Assembly (NCBI GenBank): GCA_964016885.1 | Contig: OZ024747.1 | Span: 12,276,001-12,340,000, forward strand | Direction: 5' to 3' | Source of the DNA: Eledone cirrhosa | Taxonomy: Eukaryota | DNA length: 64,000 nt | Part shown: positions 53,246 to 64,000 of the stretch, piece by piece | How positions within the stretch are numbered: position 1 is the stretch's first letter | Layout of the letters: each line of letters starts with the position of its first letter | Notes under the pieces: model-generated | Told to the model about the DNA's origin: nothing | Database searches by the model: none | What the model saw: only the letters and a program-made list of their open reading frames with translations | Made by a program: the position numbers and the translations under genes

Positions 53246-54497
53246 CCTTAAACAAGTTAATAAAGGAAAGTGACAGTGTTTGTTTTTCGTGTTTGAGTGT
53301 GCGGGGGTTAAACAAATATTTCGTAACGAAGGAGTGTTGTACAGGTAAAAAAATAAAGTTATGAGTGTCGAGTCAGATATTGAGTTTTATGAAGTCACAC
53401 TAATGTTTACACAGGGAAAGTGGTTTTATTTTTGTTTTGGGCCGGAATACATAGATGCGATCACAGTAACAACAAGTTATTAACTTGTCACAGCAGGTAA
53501 AAAAAAACTCAGGTGTATTAAATTCAACGGCCCACTAAAACAAGAATGCGATTGTATGGGTTAAATTTTATTAAATAAAATCTAATTCAGTCAATATGTG
53601 TGTGTGTGTGTCCGTTCGTTATTTCAAAAATAGATTAGGACAGCAGTGAAAAGAAAGAGTGTAGTGTCAAGTATGGTGTAGGTGTGGCTATGCTTGCTAC
53701 CTGCAAAGTTGCGGGACAGGTAAGCAATTAACTATAGACACAGGCAGCCATCTTGAAAAGTTGATAAGACTTTATTTATATATTTGTTTTATATATTGTC
53801 CTCACCTGAGATGGGACGAAGATAGAAGTATGTGGAAAATAATTTTTAAAAAAAATCAAAAAAAAAAAAATCACTTCCCATTATCTCAAACTTTGTTAAT
53901 TTAATTAATTAATAGAACAAATGTGTATTATTTGAAAATAAACTCGTGGCAACTGTTCAGTTTGATAGTCAACAAGCTTGTTTCCCAGGTGTGCTGTGTG
54001 TGTAGTATATAGATAAGGTTGATTGTAATTTCAAACAACTTAGAAACGAGACCAGGTCAGAAGGTCTGGGTGTCATTTGATTTGATTTTTCTGTTTTAAT
54101 ATATTTATTTAGTCATAGTGTTGTCTTTTTAACCTAAAAGTGAAGTTATGATCAAATCCATATTTCAGTTTAGTAAACGATGGTAAGAGAAAACAAACAT
54201 ATAAAACTACACATTTAGGGAATTTAATATGTGACCGAGACAGCATACCCACCAATAGATCATATTTTTTAAAGCAAAATAAAAACTAAAATAAAATAAA
54301 ATAACATAAAAATTGATCAAAGTAGGAAGAAAACACGCTTCCTTTTTTTTTTTTCTAGGCATGTGTAGGGAAAGTAAAATGAAAACAAAAAAAAAACGAG
54401 GAAGGAACATGGCATGGGTGGTTATTTCAGGCGTAAGGGAAAGAGTGATAAAATGAAGATATAACATAATTAAGTAAATAAATAAATAGACACTTAC

Positions 54498-54605
54498 CTC
54501 GTTGGGTTGAGTAATCTCAAATATCTCATAATGGTCATCATTCCATTGCGTTATCAATTGAACTAAACGACGGTATTCGTCGTCATCGGAACGATATCGC
54601 GTCAT
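54498..54605 (-). CDS. AFDN: Afadin (AF-6/canoe) first coding exon, N-terminal 36 aa preceding the RA1 domain
   Basis: MTRYRSDDDEYRRLVQLITQWNDDHYEIFEITQPNE aligns with the human afadin N-terminus as I recall it (DEERRKLADIIHHWNANRLDLFEISQPTE). Similarity stops exactly at a phase-0 consensus donor GAG|GTAAGT (54497-54492). The rest of the 132-aa track ORF is intron read-through. Confidence 0.9.
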
Positions 54606-55502
54606 GACTGGATGGCATTCCTAAAACATCGCCTTCCGAATGAATTTATGGGCCAAAGAAGGGCAGAGAGAAAGAGAGGGCGAACGATAGATAGATAGAA
54701 ACTGGTTAGAATAGAACTTAAACTGTGTAAGACAACAACACAAGAAGTAGCAAATAATTCCAACAGCCAGGAAAAAATCTGTGTGTGTATGTGTATAATC
54801 AAATATAAATATATTTCGTTTAAACAAACAACAAGGAATACCGAGCTTCATCCAAAGTAATTGCAGAAAAACGGATATCCGAAATGTAAACTAAAAACTT
54901 GTTGCATGGTTTTCAAGTGTTCAAAAAGTTAGTGGATGAAAAGAAGGGGTGAAAATATTCACCTACCCCTTTTCTAACCCACCCGTTTTATCTCTTACTT
55001 GTTTTAGTCGCCAAACACTCTCTGTGTCTCTTTCTCCCTCCCTCACTGAGCGACAATCTTTCACTATCACCCACTGTCCTCTTCTACTCTGTCTTAGTGG
55101 TGTCTCTTCTCCCTCAAGACACCGACACTTGACAATGTTGTTTTGAAAGTATAGAAAAATTATAGAGCTGTATATAATATAATATAATATGTATGTGTGT
55201 GTCTATCAGTGTATGGTAGTGTATATGCCTCCCTCGTCAGTCACCATTCCAGCAGTAAGGGAAGGAGAAGCTGAGAGAAAGAGGTGAGGGGAACCATGGG
55301 AGTGGAAGAAAGAGTAAAAGAAAAAAGCAACAGCAGTGAGGTGGTGGTAATGGTAGTGAAGAGTAATGTTATCTCTCACTTTCTCTTCCTCCTATCAGAG
55401 AGAGAAAGAGCACCGGTTGAGTTCCCCTCTTTCTGACTCTCTACATATATATATATACACATGTATATATATGTATGTGTGGGAGAGAGAGAGACTACTC
55501 TT

Positions 55503-55552
<50 letters not shown>

Positions 55553-55560
55553 ACCCTCAC
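54606..55560 (-). promoter_or_regulatory. Putative 5'UTR and promoter region of afadin
   Basis: Directly upstream of the ATG. Unique sequence with no SINEs and GA/CT-rich tracts. The TSS cannot be located from sequence alone. Confidence 0.45.
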
Positions 55561-55794
55561 GCACTCTATTTACTTGCTTCATAGCTACCCCTTTAGTCGG
55601 TTTGTAGAACCTATTTGACGAATTTCAGAGCCACCAAAAACAATTTCACTTGGAGAAAAATATATCTTGCATCCGTTTACCATCTCTCTCTGTGTGTATA
55701 TATACATATTATATGTATATATAACACACTCATATATATATATATATTGAAATTACTTTCTGTGCTACTCTGAGAGCAATTTCAGTAATATTAA

Positions 55795-55899
55795 ATAATT
55801 GTTTCTACTTTTGGCACAAGGCCAGCAAATACCTAATGTATTACTGGTACTTTATTTTATCGACCCCCGTAAGGATGAAAGGCAAAGTTAACCTCGGCG
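55795..55899 (-). mobile_element. 5'-truncated SINE A
   Basis: Tail and body present, head absent. Confidence 0.88.
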
Positions 55900-56030
55900 A
55901 TGTATTGTACTTTATTTGTTATTGAGTACTATTCCACGAGTTTGCAAATCCAAATGTGTGTTTATGTATGTGCGTGTGTATATATATATATATACACACA
56001 CATACATATTATATATATATATAATATTAC

Positions 56031-56100
56031 AAAAATGAAACTTCCTCGTTTTTTATTATATATATATATATATAATAAAAAACGAGGAAGTTTCGTTTTT
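56031..56100. repeat. (TA)n-centred palindrome, 58 bp perfect (56037-56094), 70 bp with one mismatch
   Basis: gaaacttcctcgttttttat(ta)n ataaaaaacgaggaagtttc. Confidence 0.95.
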
Positions 56101-57584
56101 TTTTTTCTATTATATATATTCTGCCTGTGCATAGAGTGCTTGATTTGGTACGAACACCAGTATTCCACCGTACTACCTACACTATATATATATATATATA
56201 TATATAGTATGCTATAGTATTGCTTTCTTTCTTTCAAAGCTATGTGTAATATTCTTGTTGCTGCTTGTCGTCTTTGCCAAGGAAGTATTGAATGAAAGGC
56301 GTAGCAGCCGGTTTTGGCACTGTTGGTGGGAACTATGTTATTTAAACTTAGTAAGAAACAGCACTATTATTGTTGATCATAGTGATTGTGGTAGATGATG
56401 TATGATATATGCAATGATGGTGATTGTGGAGTGAGATTGATGCTGGTGATGGTGGTGGCAACGGCGGCGGAGATCCAACAGACTTTAATGGTTTCTAATT
56501 TAGACACAAGGCCAGCAATTGAAGAGGGGGAAAGATAAACCGATGAAATTGACCTCAGTACTTGACTGGTACTTTATTTTATCGACCCACCGGAAAGGTG
56601 GAAGTCAACGCTGACCTCAGCGGGATTTGGATCATTACGACAGACATTCCAACAGTATCTTCCGTCATTTTCTCCGTGCAGAGAAATCCAGGATCACAAA
56701 ATGGGGTGATTTGAGGGAGATTTGGTTGCTATATCTAGCAGGTTGAATGTATATGCAGAAACTCCCTTGTTTAATTGTGTATAGACAGTGGTGGTGTTTG
56801 TGATGCTGTTTAATTATATGGTAGTGGGGGGGGGGGGGAATCACAGTCGCAGTTATTAATTGTAGTGGTGACGATAGTGATTACAATTAATGATGATTAT
56901 GGCAGTGGCGGCGGCAGTAAAGTTGATTGGCGATGGTGAAGGTGGCTGTTTGTAATTTAGGTGGTGATAGTAGTGAAAGAAGGGTAAGTGAATGACAGAG
57001 GGAGTTGAAGAGTGATAGGCAGAGAAGTAACCGTGGTAGCGGAAGGAGATATTCGTAAAAAGTTTAGAAACAGAGGTTGAGGGAAGAGTATCTTCCTTTC
57101 TCTCCCCCTCCCATCCGTGTTTTATTACTACTTTTATGACTAAAACTACTAGTAATACGACAGCTACTACAATTGCTTAAGACTAAGACAACACACACAC
57201 ACGTCTTCCTTCTACGTCCACCCGACAATCTACAAGTAATACAAGCGTTACTATTATTGCTACTAGTAAACATACAGATATATATATATATATAATAAAG
57301 AGTCGGGACCAACGGCTGAGCTCTAGCCGTTCTAACAGCAAGTTCCAGACTCATATATATATATATAACGAAGGAGGTATGGTAAAGAACCAGAAATAGC
57401 CGTCGAAACGGCTTGAGCTCTGCCGTCGGGGTCTAACATTTTCCTATATATAGTCACACAGAAGTGAACGTGTTAAATACCAGTGTACATAAAACGTTCA
57501 ACATTAACCGAATGAGAACTCAAAACATATGAACAAAGATGAAGAAAAAAGATGAGTGATTTCGAAGTTTCGGCGAACGTATTT

Positions 57585-57798
57585 TCTGACAATCAATAAT
57601 TGGTTCTACTTTTGGCCCAATGCCAGTAATTATCTCAGTACATTACTGGTACTTTATTTTATCGACCCCGTAGGATGAAAAGTTAACCTCGGCGGGATTT
57701 GAACTCAGACCGTAAAGGGCCGTAACTCTATGCTGTAGAACATAGCGTCCGACCCTCTACCGATACTGCCAATCCATCAACCTCTGACATTCAATAAT
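57585..57798 (-). mobile_element. SINE A with 16-bp target-site duplication
   Basis: TCTGACAATCAATAAT / TCTGACATTCAATAAT flank the copy. Confidence 0.9.
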
Positions 57799-58322
57799 AG
57801 TCACTTGAGTGTCCTATTCCACCCTTCACTCACACCTGACACTCCAAACTTCGTAGGAAGACTGTCTTGAGAGAAGAGCAGTCACCTTGCGCATGCGTTC
57901 TCACACCTTTTCTCCTCCACCCGTCTCTCTGTTGTCTCTGGCTTACTCCCCTCCCCTCTCTCTTATATATTATACTTTCCCTCTATGTCTCTTTATCTCT
58001 CCTCGCCCCTCTGTATTATGCTTTACTCTCTTTATTCTTGTTTCTCTCCCAGATATCTTTTATATTACTCTCTCTCTCTCTCTCTATCCCTCGTTATTAT
58101 CTTATTCTCTTTCTTCCTTTCTCTGTATTATATAACTGTCTACCCTCATCTCTTATGGCTCTTTCTCTCTCTGCCTTATGTTTCTACCCCCCTCTCTCTC
58201 CGCCCTCTCTCTCTCTCTCGTGTATTATATAGATCTTATCTTTCAGTTCTCTCTATTATATCTTTTTATTCTCACACCCTCTCTCTCGCTATTACCTTTC
58301 TTCTCTTCTCTTGTCTCTCGCA

Positions 58323-58527
58323 TAGATTGGCAGAATTGTAAGAGCGTCGGATAAAATGTTTTGTGATATTTGTACCAGTTTTTTTACGTTCTGAGTTCAA
58401 ATCCCACCAAGGTAGCCTTTACTTTTTATCCCTTCGGAGGTTGACTAAATAAAACAAAGTACTAGGGTTGATCTAATTGACTTTCCCCTCCCCCAAAATG
58501 ACTGGCCTTGCAGCCTAAATTAGAAAT

Positions 58528-58594
<67 letters not shown>

Positions 58595-58634
58595 ATTTCT
58601 GTCCCATTTTCTCTTCTACATGTTTGTTCTCCGT

Positions 58635-58706
<72 letters not shown>
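58323..58706 (+). mobile_element. Older SINE A copy followed by (CT)n tracts
   Basis: attggcagaattgtaagagcgtcgg...gagttcaaatccc...ggccttg. (CT)n at 58531-58591 and 58639-58706. Confidence 0.8.
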
Positions 58707-58712
<6 letters not shown>

Positions 58713-59136
58713 TCCCTCACAGCTTCCTTTTTTCCATTCTTCTCAAGCTAATTTTTCCAGCTTACACGTCTACCCCTTTAAATGGATGGATGGACCTGTA
58801 ACTCCCGAGGAAGTCTTAGGGGCGCCATATTGACCTACTGTGTTTCTAGGGCATTGTATTTTAAAACTTGGTGGAGCCCATCTCCTCTCCAGCTCTGAAT
58901 ACAGCATCTTTCTTCCAGAGAAGGATACACAGAGTGAGAGAATGAAAAAAACTATAAAGAGATATAGAATAAGAATTGACTCCAGTACTAGACTGCTACT
59001 TTTTTTATCGACCTCGAATGGACGAAATACAAAGCTGACATTAGTGGGATTTGAACTCTGAGAGCTGGAAAGAATACCTCAAAGCAGTTTATCCAACATT
59101 CTAACAACTCTGGCAATTCACCAACTATATACCCCT

Positions 59137-59363
59137 TTAACCCTTTAGCATTTAAACTGGCTGTATCCGGCCAGAATTCTCTCACCTCTTTCTGTTCAAA
59201 CTGGCTTTAACTGGCCGCTCATATTGATGTTAAGGTAGTGTTCTCAAAATAAGCAATATCAAAATCTGATAGACTCAATATTATGTGATAATAATGTGAG
59301 GTAAAGACTTTACCATGAAAATACAATGGTAAATATAGAGTAATGTAAATGCTAAAGGGTTAA
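59137..59363. mobile_element. Intact piggyBac-type MITE (219 bp between TTAA sites)
   Basis: TTAA duplication and perfect 14-bp TIR CCCTTTAGCATTTA. Confidence 0.92.
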
Positions 59364-59379
59364 ATGCTTACTATAAAAC

Positions 59380-59665
59380 CACTCTCATCCACTTCTGTGC
59401 ATCTATCACTATATCTCTTGTACACCCACACTTTACACAGAATGCACTGTATGGAGTTTCTACTTACTCCTTTTCTGCTAACTGACCATGGTCATTTCTC
59501 AGATGGCAGCACTATCCTGTCTTCTTTCTTACATACTAAGACTTTGGTCTTTGCTAAGTTTACTCTAAAATCTTTCAATTCTAGATTTTGAAACTTCTCT
59601 AAATCTTCTGCAGATTCAGCTATAAGTACCAGGTTATAGGAGTTTCCACAGCCAGTTTTGAACTT
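59380..59665 (-). mobile_element. Degenerate RTE reverse transcriptase fragment with Cys-rich insertion
   Basis: Minus strand gives LVLIAESAEDLEK...RVNLAKTKVLV...SVSRKGVSRNSIQCILCKVWVYKR, with a stop and indels. Confidence 0.75.
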
Positions 59666-59918
59666 TATTACTATGACAAAAAAATCACTAATTCCACCCA
59701 GTATGGTGATCTAGTACCAGGACAAAAGCACCTAGTCTTCATAAGGTGGTCATACTGGTGGCACCCAGTCCACATTGTAACATGATGTTAGGAAGGACAT
59801 GTGGCCATAGAAATGAGCAAGACATCATGTGATCTGACTTCTTTCATAACGTGGTAACACATCTAGCCCATGCATGCATGAAAAAAAGGACATCAAATGA
59901 TGATTATATATATGTGAT

Positions 59919-60267
59919 GGAGGCACATGGCTTAGTGGTTAGAGCATTGGCCTTGCAATCGAAGGTTGTGAGTTCAATTCTCAGACCGGGTGATGTGTTG
60001 TTTCCTTGAGCAAGACACTTTATTTCACATTGCTCCAGTTTACTCAGCTGTAGAAATGAGATGATAGGGGCTGAGGAGATCCATATCACTCCACTGCAAA
60101 GTGGTCGTGGAGGTGCCACGGCAAAAAGCACCCAGCACTCACTGCAAATGAGGTTGGTGTTAGGAAGGGCATCCAGCTGTAGAAATCAAGCCAGAATCAG
60201 TTCCCGTCCCACCCTTGCTAGCAGGGAAAAAGCGGACGTAAAATGAAATGATGATGATGATGATGAT
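59919..60267 (+). mobile_element. Full-length CORE-like SINE (family B): tRNA head, CORE-like body, RTE-derived tail
   Basis: A-box TGGCTTAGTGG, B-box GAGTTCAATTC, ccttgagcaagacactttatttcac...ctcagctgtagaaatg, tail matching the LINE at 14995-15040, (ATG)n end. Confidence 0.9.
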
Positions 60268-61249
60268 GTGTGTGTGAGTGTGTGTAAATGAAGGTAGGTT
60301 GACTAAGCCATTGTGGTAGGAAGAAACTGTGTGGAAATTGCTGGAAGTTCTAATGAATCAAGTATTGTTCACAGAGTGGAACAAATTTTATGCCATGAAA
60401 AAGTGAAGTTTAACACTTCATGCAGAACATTTTGTTGGAGCAGGAAGAAATAGGTTGTTGGTGTGGGGGATAGGGGAATAGGCTATGGTCAAAGAAATGA
60501 GATGGAGTAGAAGTGTTCTCACTCTGACCATTACCCCTTGCCCTTGCAAACTTTGCAATGAAGACGTCTCGGTCTAGTGATTTCAGATAACCCCTGATTC
60601 ACCTCACCTCAGTGAAATTGTGCTCAGATTAACAGGAGGTAGCTTGAAGGTAATTTTATCTAACCTTCATTACCCCTGACTCACCAATATCAAAATATCA
60701 CAATATTTTTTTTTAAATGCTATAATTAAAATGGTAGAAGATCGTTGGATTTAAAAAGTTAACATTTTTTGGATGGAGGGAGTAATATGAACAGTATGGG
60801 GGTAATTTAAAATCAGGTTCAAGTTGATATGGAATAGGATTTAGTAGGATGGGGGTTAGATTCAAGTATTTTCACCAGGTTTGATCCTAATGTTTGACAT
60901 CTTGAGCAAATATCTTCTATCATAACCTCACATAAATCAAAGACTTGTGAACAGATGGAAAATGTATGAAATCCAGTTGGATCAATTGTGGTTGTAACTT
61001 AAAGCAACATGCTTGTCACACTTTTGTTTGTGCTGGTTCTGACTGAGAATTACATGACTGAATTTCTAATGAAATTCACTCTTTTTTTAATCAACTAATG
61101 AAGAATTTTGAGGGATTTACTAAAATTATTAATTAGTTCATTACGAAGGGGTAACCACAGTAAGTAAGGTACTCAATACATAGCAGAGTATAAATGTTTT
61201 AATATAGATGATTTCTCACGAATGAAACAGTTCTAGTCCTGTGGAAGCT

Positions 61250-61300
61250 TTTATATATACATACATACATATATATGTGTGTATACATATATATATATGC

Positions 61301-61382
<82 letters not shown>

Positions 61383-61413
61383 ATACATATATATACACAA
61401 TATACACATATAT

Positions 61414-61466
<53 letters not shown>

Positions 61467-62062
61467 TAAAAAATATGGGTGAAAACAGGAAAATGAACGA
61501 ATACAGACAATAGTCCCATCTCATTAGTTGACTGCTAGAGATATATTGTTTTTAATTGGTGTCACTGCTCTCCTAGATAGGTTGCCTTCACTACAGCTTG
61601 AGGAGTTCACATCTGCCCCGTACTCCATGTCTGTCTCTGTGTGTGTTATTAGATATTTTTATTGATGGCAGATTTTTATGGTCTGAGCCTTTCTTGATAC
61701 CAACCCATACTTTTCAGTATGGGTTGGTTTCACTGACTTAACAGTGTGTTGGAGGTGAAGACATACACAAACATACAAACAACACAACTTCTGAGATCCA
61801 ATCTATGAAATTCATTCACAAGGCTTATAGATATATATTCCTATATTCTTTTAATAGTTTCAGTCATTAGACTGTGGCCAAGCTGGAGCACCCTTGATTT
61901 AGTCAATCATATCGATCCCAGTACTTATTTTATATATAATCCACAAACATAGCTTTGTTTAAGGTTTTGTGAAGAAATCAAATATTGCTTATTCTGCCAC
62001 ATCATAAAACAATGGATCTTGTTCTAATATGAAATAAATTCTATGCCATTTGAAGTTATGTG

Positions 62063-62095
<33 letters not shown>

Positions 62096-62138
62096 ATTTA
62101 TATATACATATATATATATATATTTATATATACATATA

Positions 62139-62185
<47 letters not shown>

Positions 62186-62574
62186 ATAAATATATATATA
62201 TGTGTATATATATATATATATGTGTGTGTGTGTATTTATATATACATATATATATATATATGTGTATATATTTATATATACATATATATATGTATATATA
62301 TGTATATATATGTATATATATTTTTATAAATATATATATATATATATATTTATATAAATATATAGTAATAATAATAAATTTGAAGACTAAAATCACGTTA
62401 AGGGTGAAAGCAGCGATTCTTTGCTTAAACTTTAATCTGTTATTTTAATAAATATATATATAAATATATATAGGAAAAAGTATACTTTTTCCTATTTCCC
62501 ACTCTACTACCCTAAGTATTGAGTACTCTGGTGCGTTATGGTCCATCTGGTTCCTTACCACAATTCCTTTGCTA

Positions 62575-62637
<63 letters not shown>

Positions 62638-62653
62638 TTATATAAATACATAC

Positions 62654-62688
<35 letters not shown>

Positions 62689-62745
62689 TATATAAATAAA
62701 TACATATATATATATATGTATATATATATATTTATGTATAAATAA

Positions 62746-62824
<79 letters not shown>

Positions 62825-63193
62825 CATACATATATATGTATATATATATTTATATAAATACATACATATATATATATATTTATATAAATACATACATATA
62901 TATGTATATATATATTTATATAAATACATACATATATATATATATTTATATAAATACATACATATATATATATATTTATATAAATACATACATATATATA
63001 TATATATATATTTATATAAATACATACATACATATATATATATATATTTATATAAATACATACATATATATATATATATATATTTATATAAATACATACA
63101 TATATATATATATTTATATAAATACATACATATATATGTATATATATATTTATATAAATACATACATATATATATATATATATATTTATATAA

Positions 63194-63248
<55 letters not shown>

Positions 63249-63320
63249 AATACATACATACATATATATATATTTATATAAATACATACATATATATATA
63301 TATACATATATATATATATG
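61250..63320. repeat. Large (TA)n-based compound microsatellites (61250-61465, 62060-62365, 62578-63320)
   Basis: The last tract has a higher-order unit TTTATATAAATACATACA(TA)n. Confidence 0.95.
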
Positions 63321-63652
63321 TACAATCCATACTCTAACCATGTCAAATACATGCACCCATGCTCCCTCCCTTCCTTCACTCCACTCACTTTCACACACTC
63401 ACGCTTAGATCAAAGCCAAAGTGTTGTTGCTAGGTAACATCCAGCTTATCAGTTATGTGAATGCCTGAATTAATGGTTCTAATCTTGATGATCTTCAAGT
63501 TGATATCTATCACACTTTGGGGGTCAACTGAACTTGCTTCACTGAATACTCTTGTATCATCACCATTGAAGAAACCCATTTGTTCCCCAGGCTGCTCTCA
63601 TTTCTCAGTATATCTCAACACCACCACCACCTCTTCTCTTCTTCTTCTTCTT

Positions 63653-63681
<29 letters not shown>

Positions 63682-63683
<2 letters not shown>

Positions 63684-63786
63684 GTTCAAATCCCGCCGAG
63701 GTTAACTTTGCCTTTCATCCTTATGGGGTCGATAAAATAAACTACCAGTAATGCACTGGGTTGATTTAATCGACTTTGCCCTCCCA
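63682..63786 (+). mobile_element. Partial SINE A following (CTT)n
   Basis: agttcaaatcccgccgaggttaactttgcctttcatcc. Confidence 0.85.
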
Positions 63787-64000
63787 TTCAGCCTGTCATA
63801 AGAAAAATCATATATAAGAAAATAATATATATGAAGGACTAGCATCCGAAACGTTAAGACCCTCTTCCTGCTATTTCAAGCTTTAACCTAATATATTCCT
63901 TCCATATACTGTACCGATTGTGTTGTTATTTCTGTTTACCTTTTACATATATACACATATATATATGTGTAGGCTCTGATATATGTCCCAAGGCTCTGAT

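Larger units (their letters stand above)
51470..53995. promoter_or_regulatory. Candidate intronic cis-regulatory region with 14 CAGGTA/CAGGTG motifs and a YY1-like site
   Basis: Motifs at 51472, 51578, 51836, 52085, 52101, 52432, 52733, 53342, 53494, 53510, 53698, 53717, 53803, 53986. CAGCCATCTTG at 53745. No SINE copies recognised in the interval. Confidence 0.45.
1..54497 (-). other. AFDN: Probable afadin intron 1 (continues past the left edge of the window)
   Basis: Donor at 54497. The expected next exon (LEFHGVMRFYFQD-like) was not found by eye or in the ORF track; a short exon could have been missed. Confidence 0.65.

Noticed and set aside
51470-53995. Zelda (CAGGTAG) interpretation of the motif cluster
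   Set aside because: Zelda is known from insects/arthropods, not molluscs, and only two sites carry the full CAGGTAG.
54207-54497. C-terminal 96 aa of the 132-aa ORF
   Set aside because: Follows a consensus splice donor; T-rich low-complexity intron sequence with no afadin similarity.
59919-59995. tRNA-like sequences here and at SINE A heads
   Set aside because: They have A/B boxes but continue into SINE bodies and lack a complete cloverleaf; not tRNA genes.
61199-63398. Numerous Tyr/Ile-rich ORFs
   Set aside because: Translations of (TA)n microsatellites.

Overview
AT-rich, repeat-dense eukaryotic DNA. The SINE, MITE and microsatellite repertoire strongly suggests a coleoid cephalopod, probably an octopod (inferred from recalled repeat families, not a database hit). 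The one host gene I recognise is afadin (AFDN/AF-6/canoe) on the minus strand. Its first coding exon is 54605-54498 (36 codons, then GTAAGT). No second afadin exon was found, so positions 1-54497 are probably one very long first intron and ~54.6-56 kb is the 5'UTR/promoter side. The rest is ~25 copies of one tRNA-derived SINE, a CORE-like SINE with an RTE-derived tail, RTE and CRE-like LINE fragments, piggyBac-type and pogo/Tigger-type MITEs, hammerhead-bearing Penelope-like remnants in (TA)n, and many mini/microsatellites. The long ORFs in the track are repeat artefacts. The most unusual signals sit near the afadin start: a series of microsatellite-centred palindromes of apparently different ages (one a perfect 136-bp palindrome), and a dense two-strand cluster of CAGGTA/CAGGTG motifs in a SINE-free stretch of the intron.
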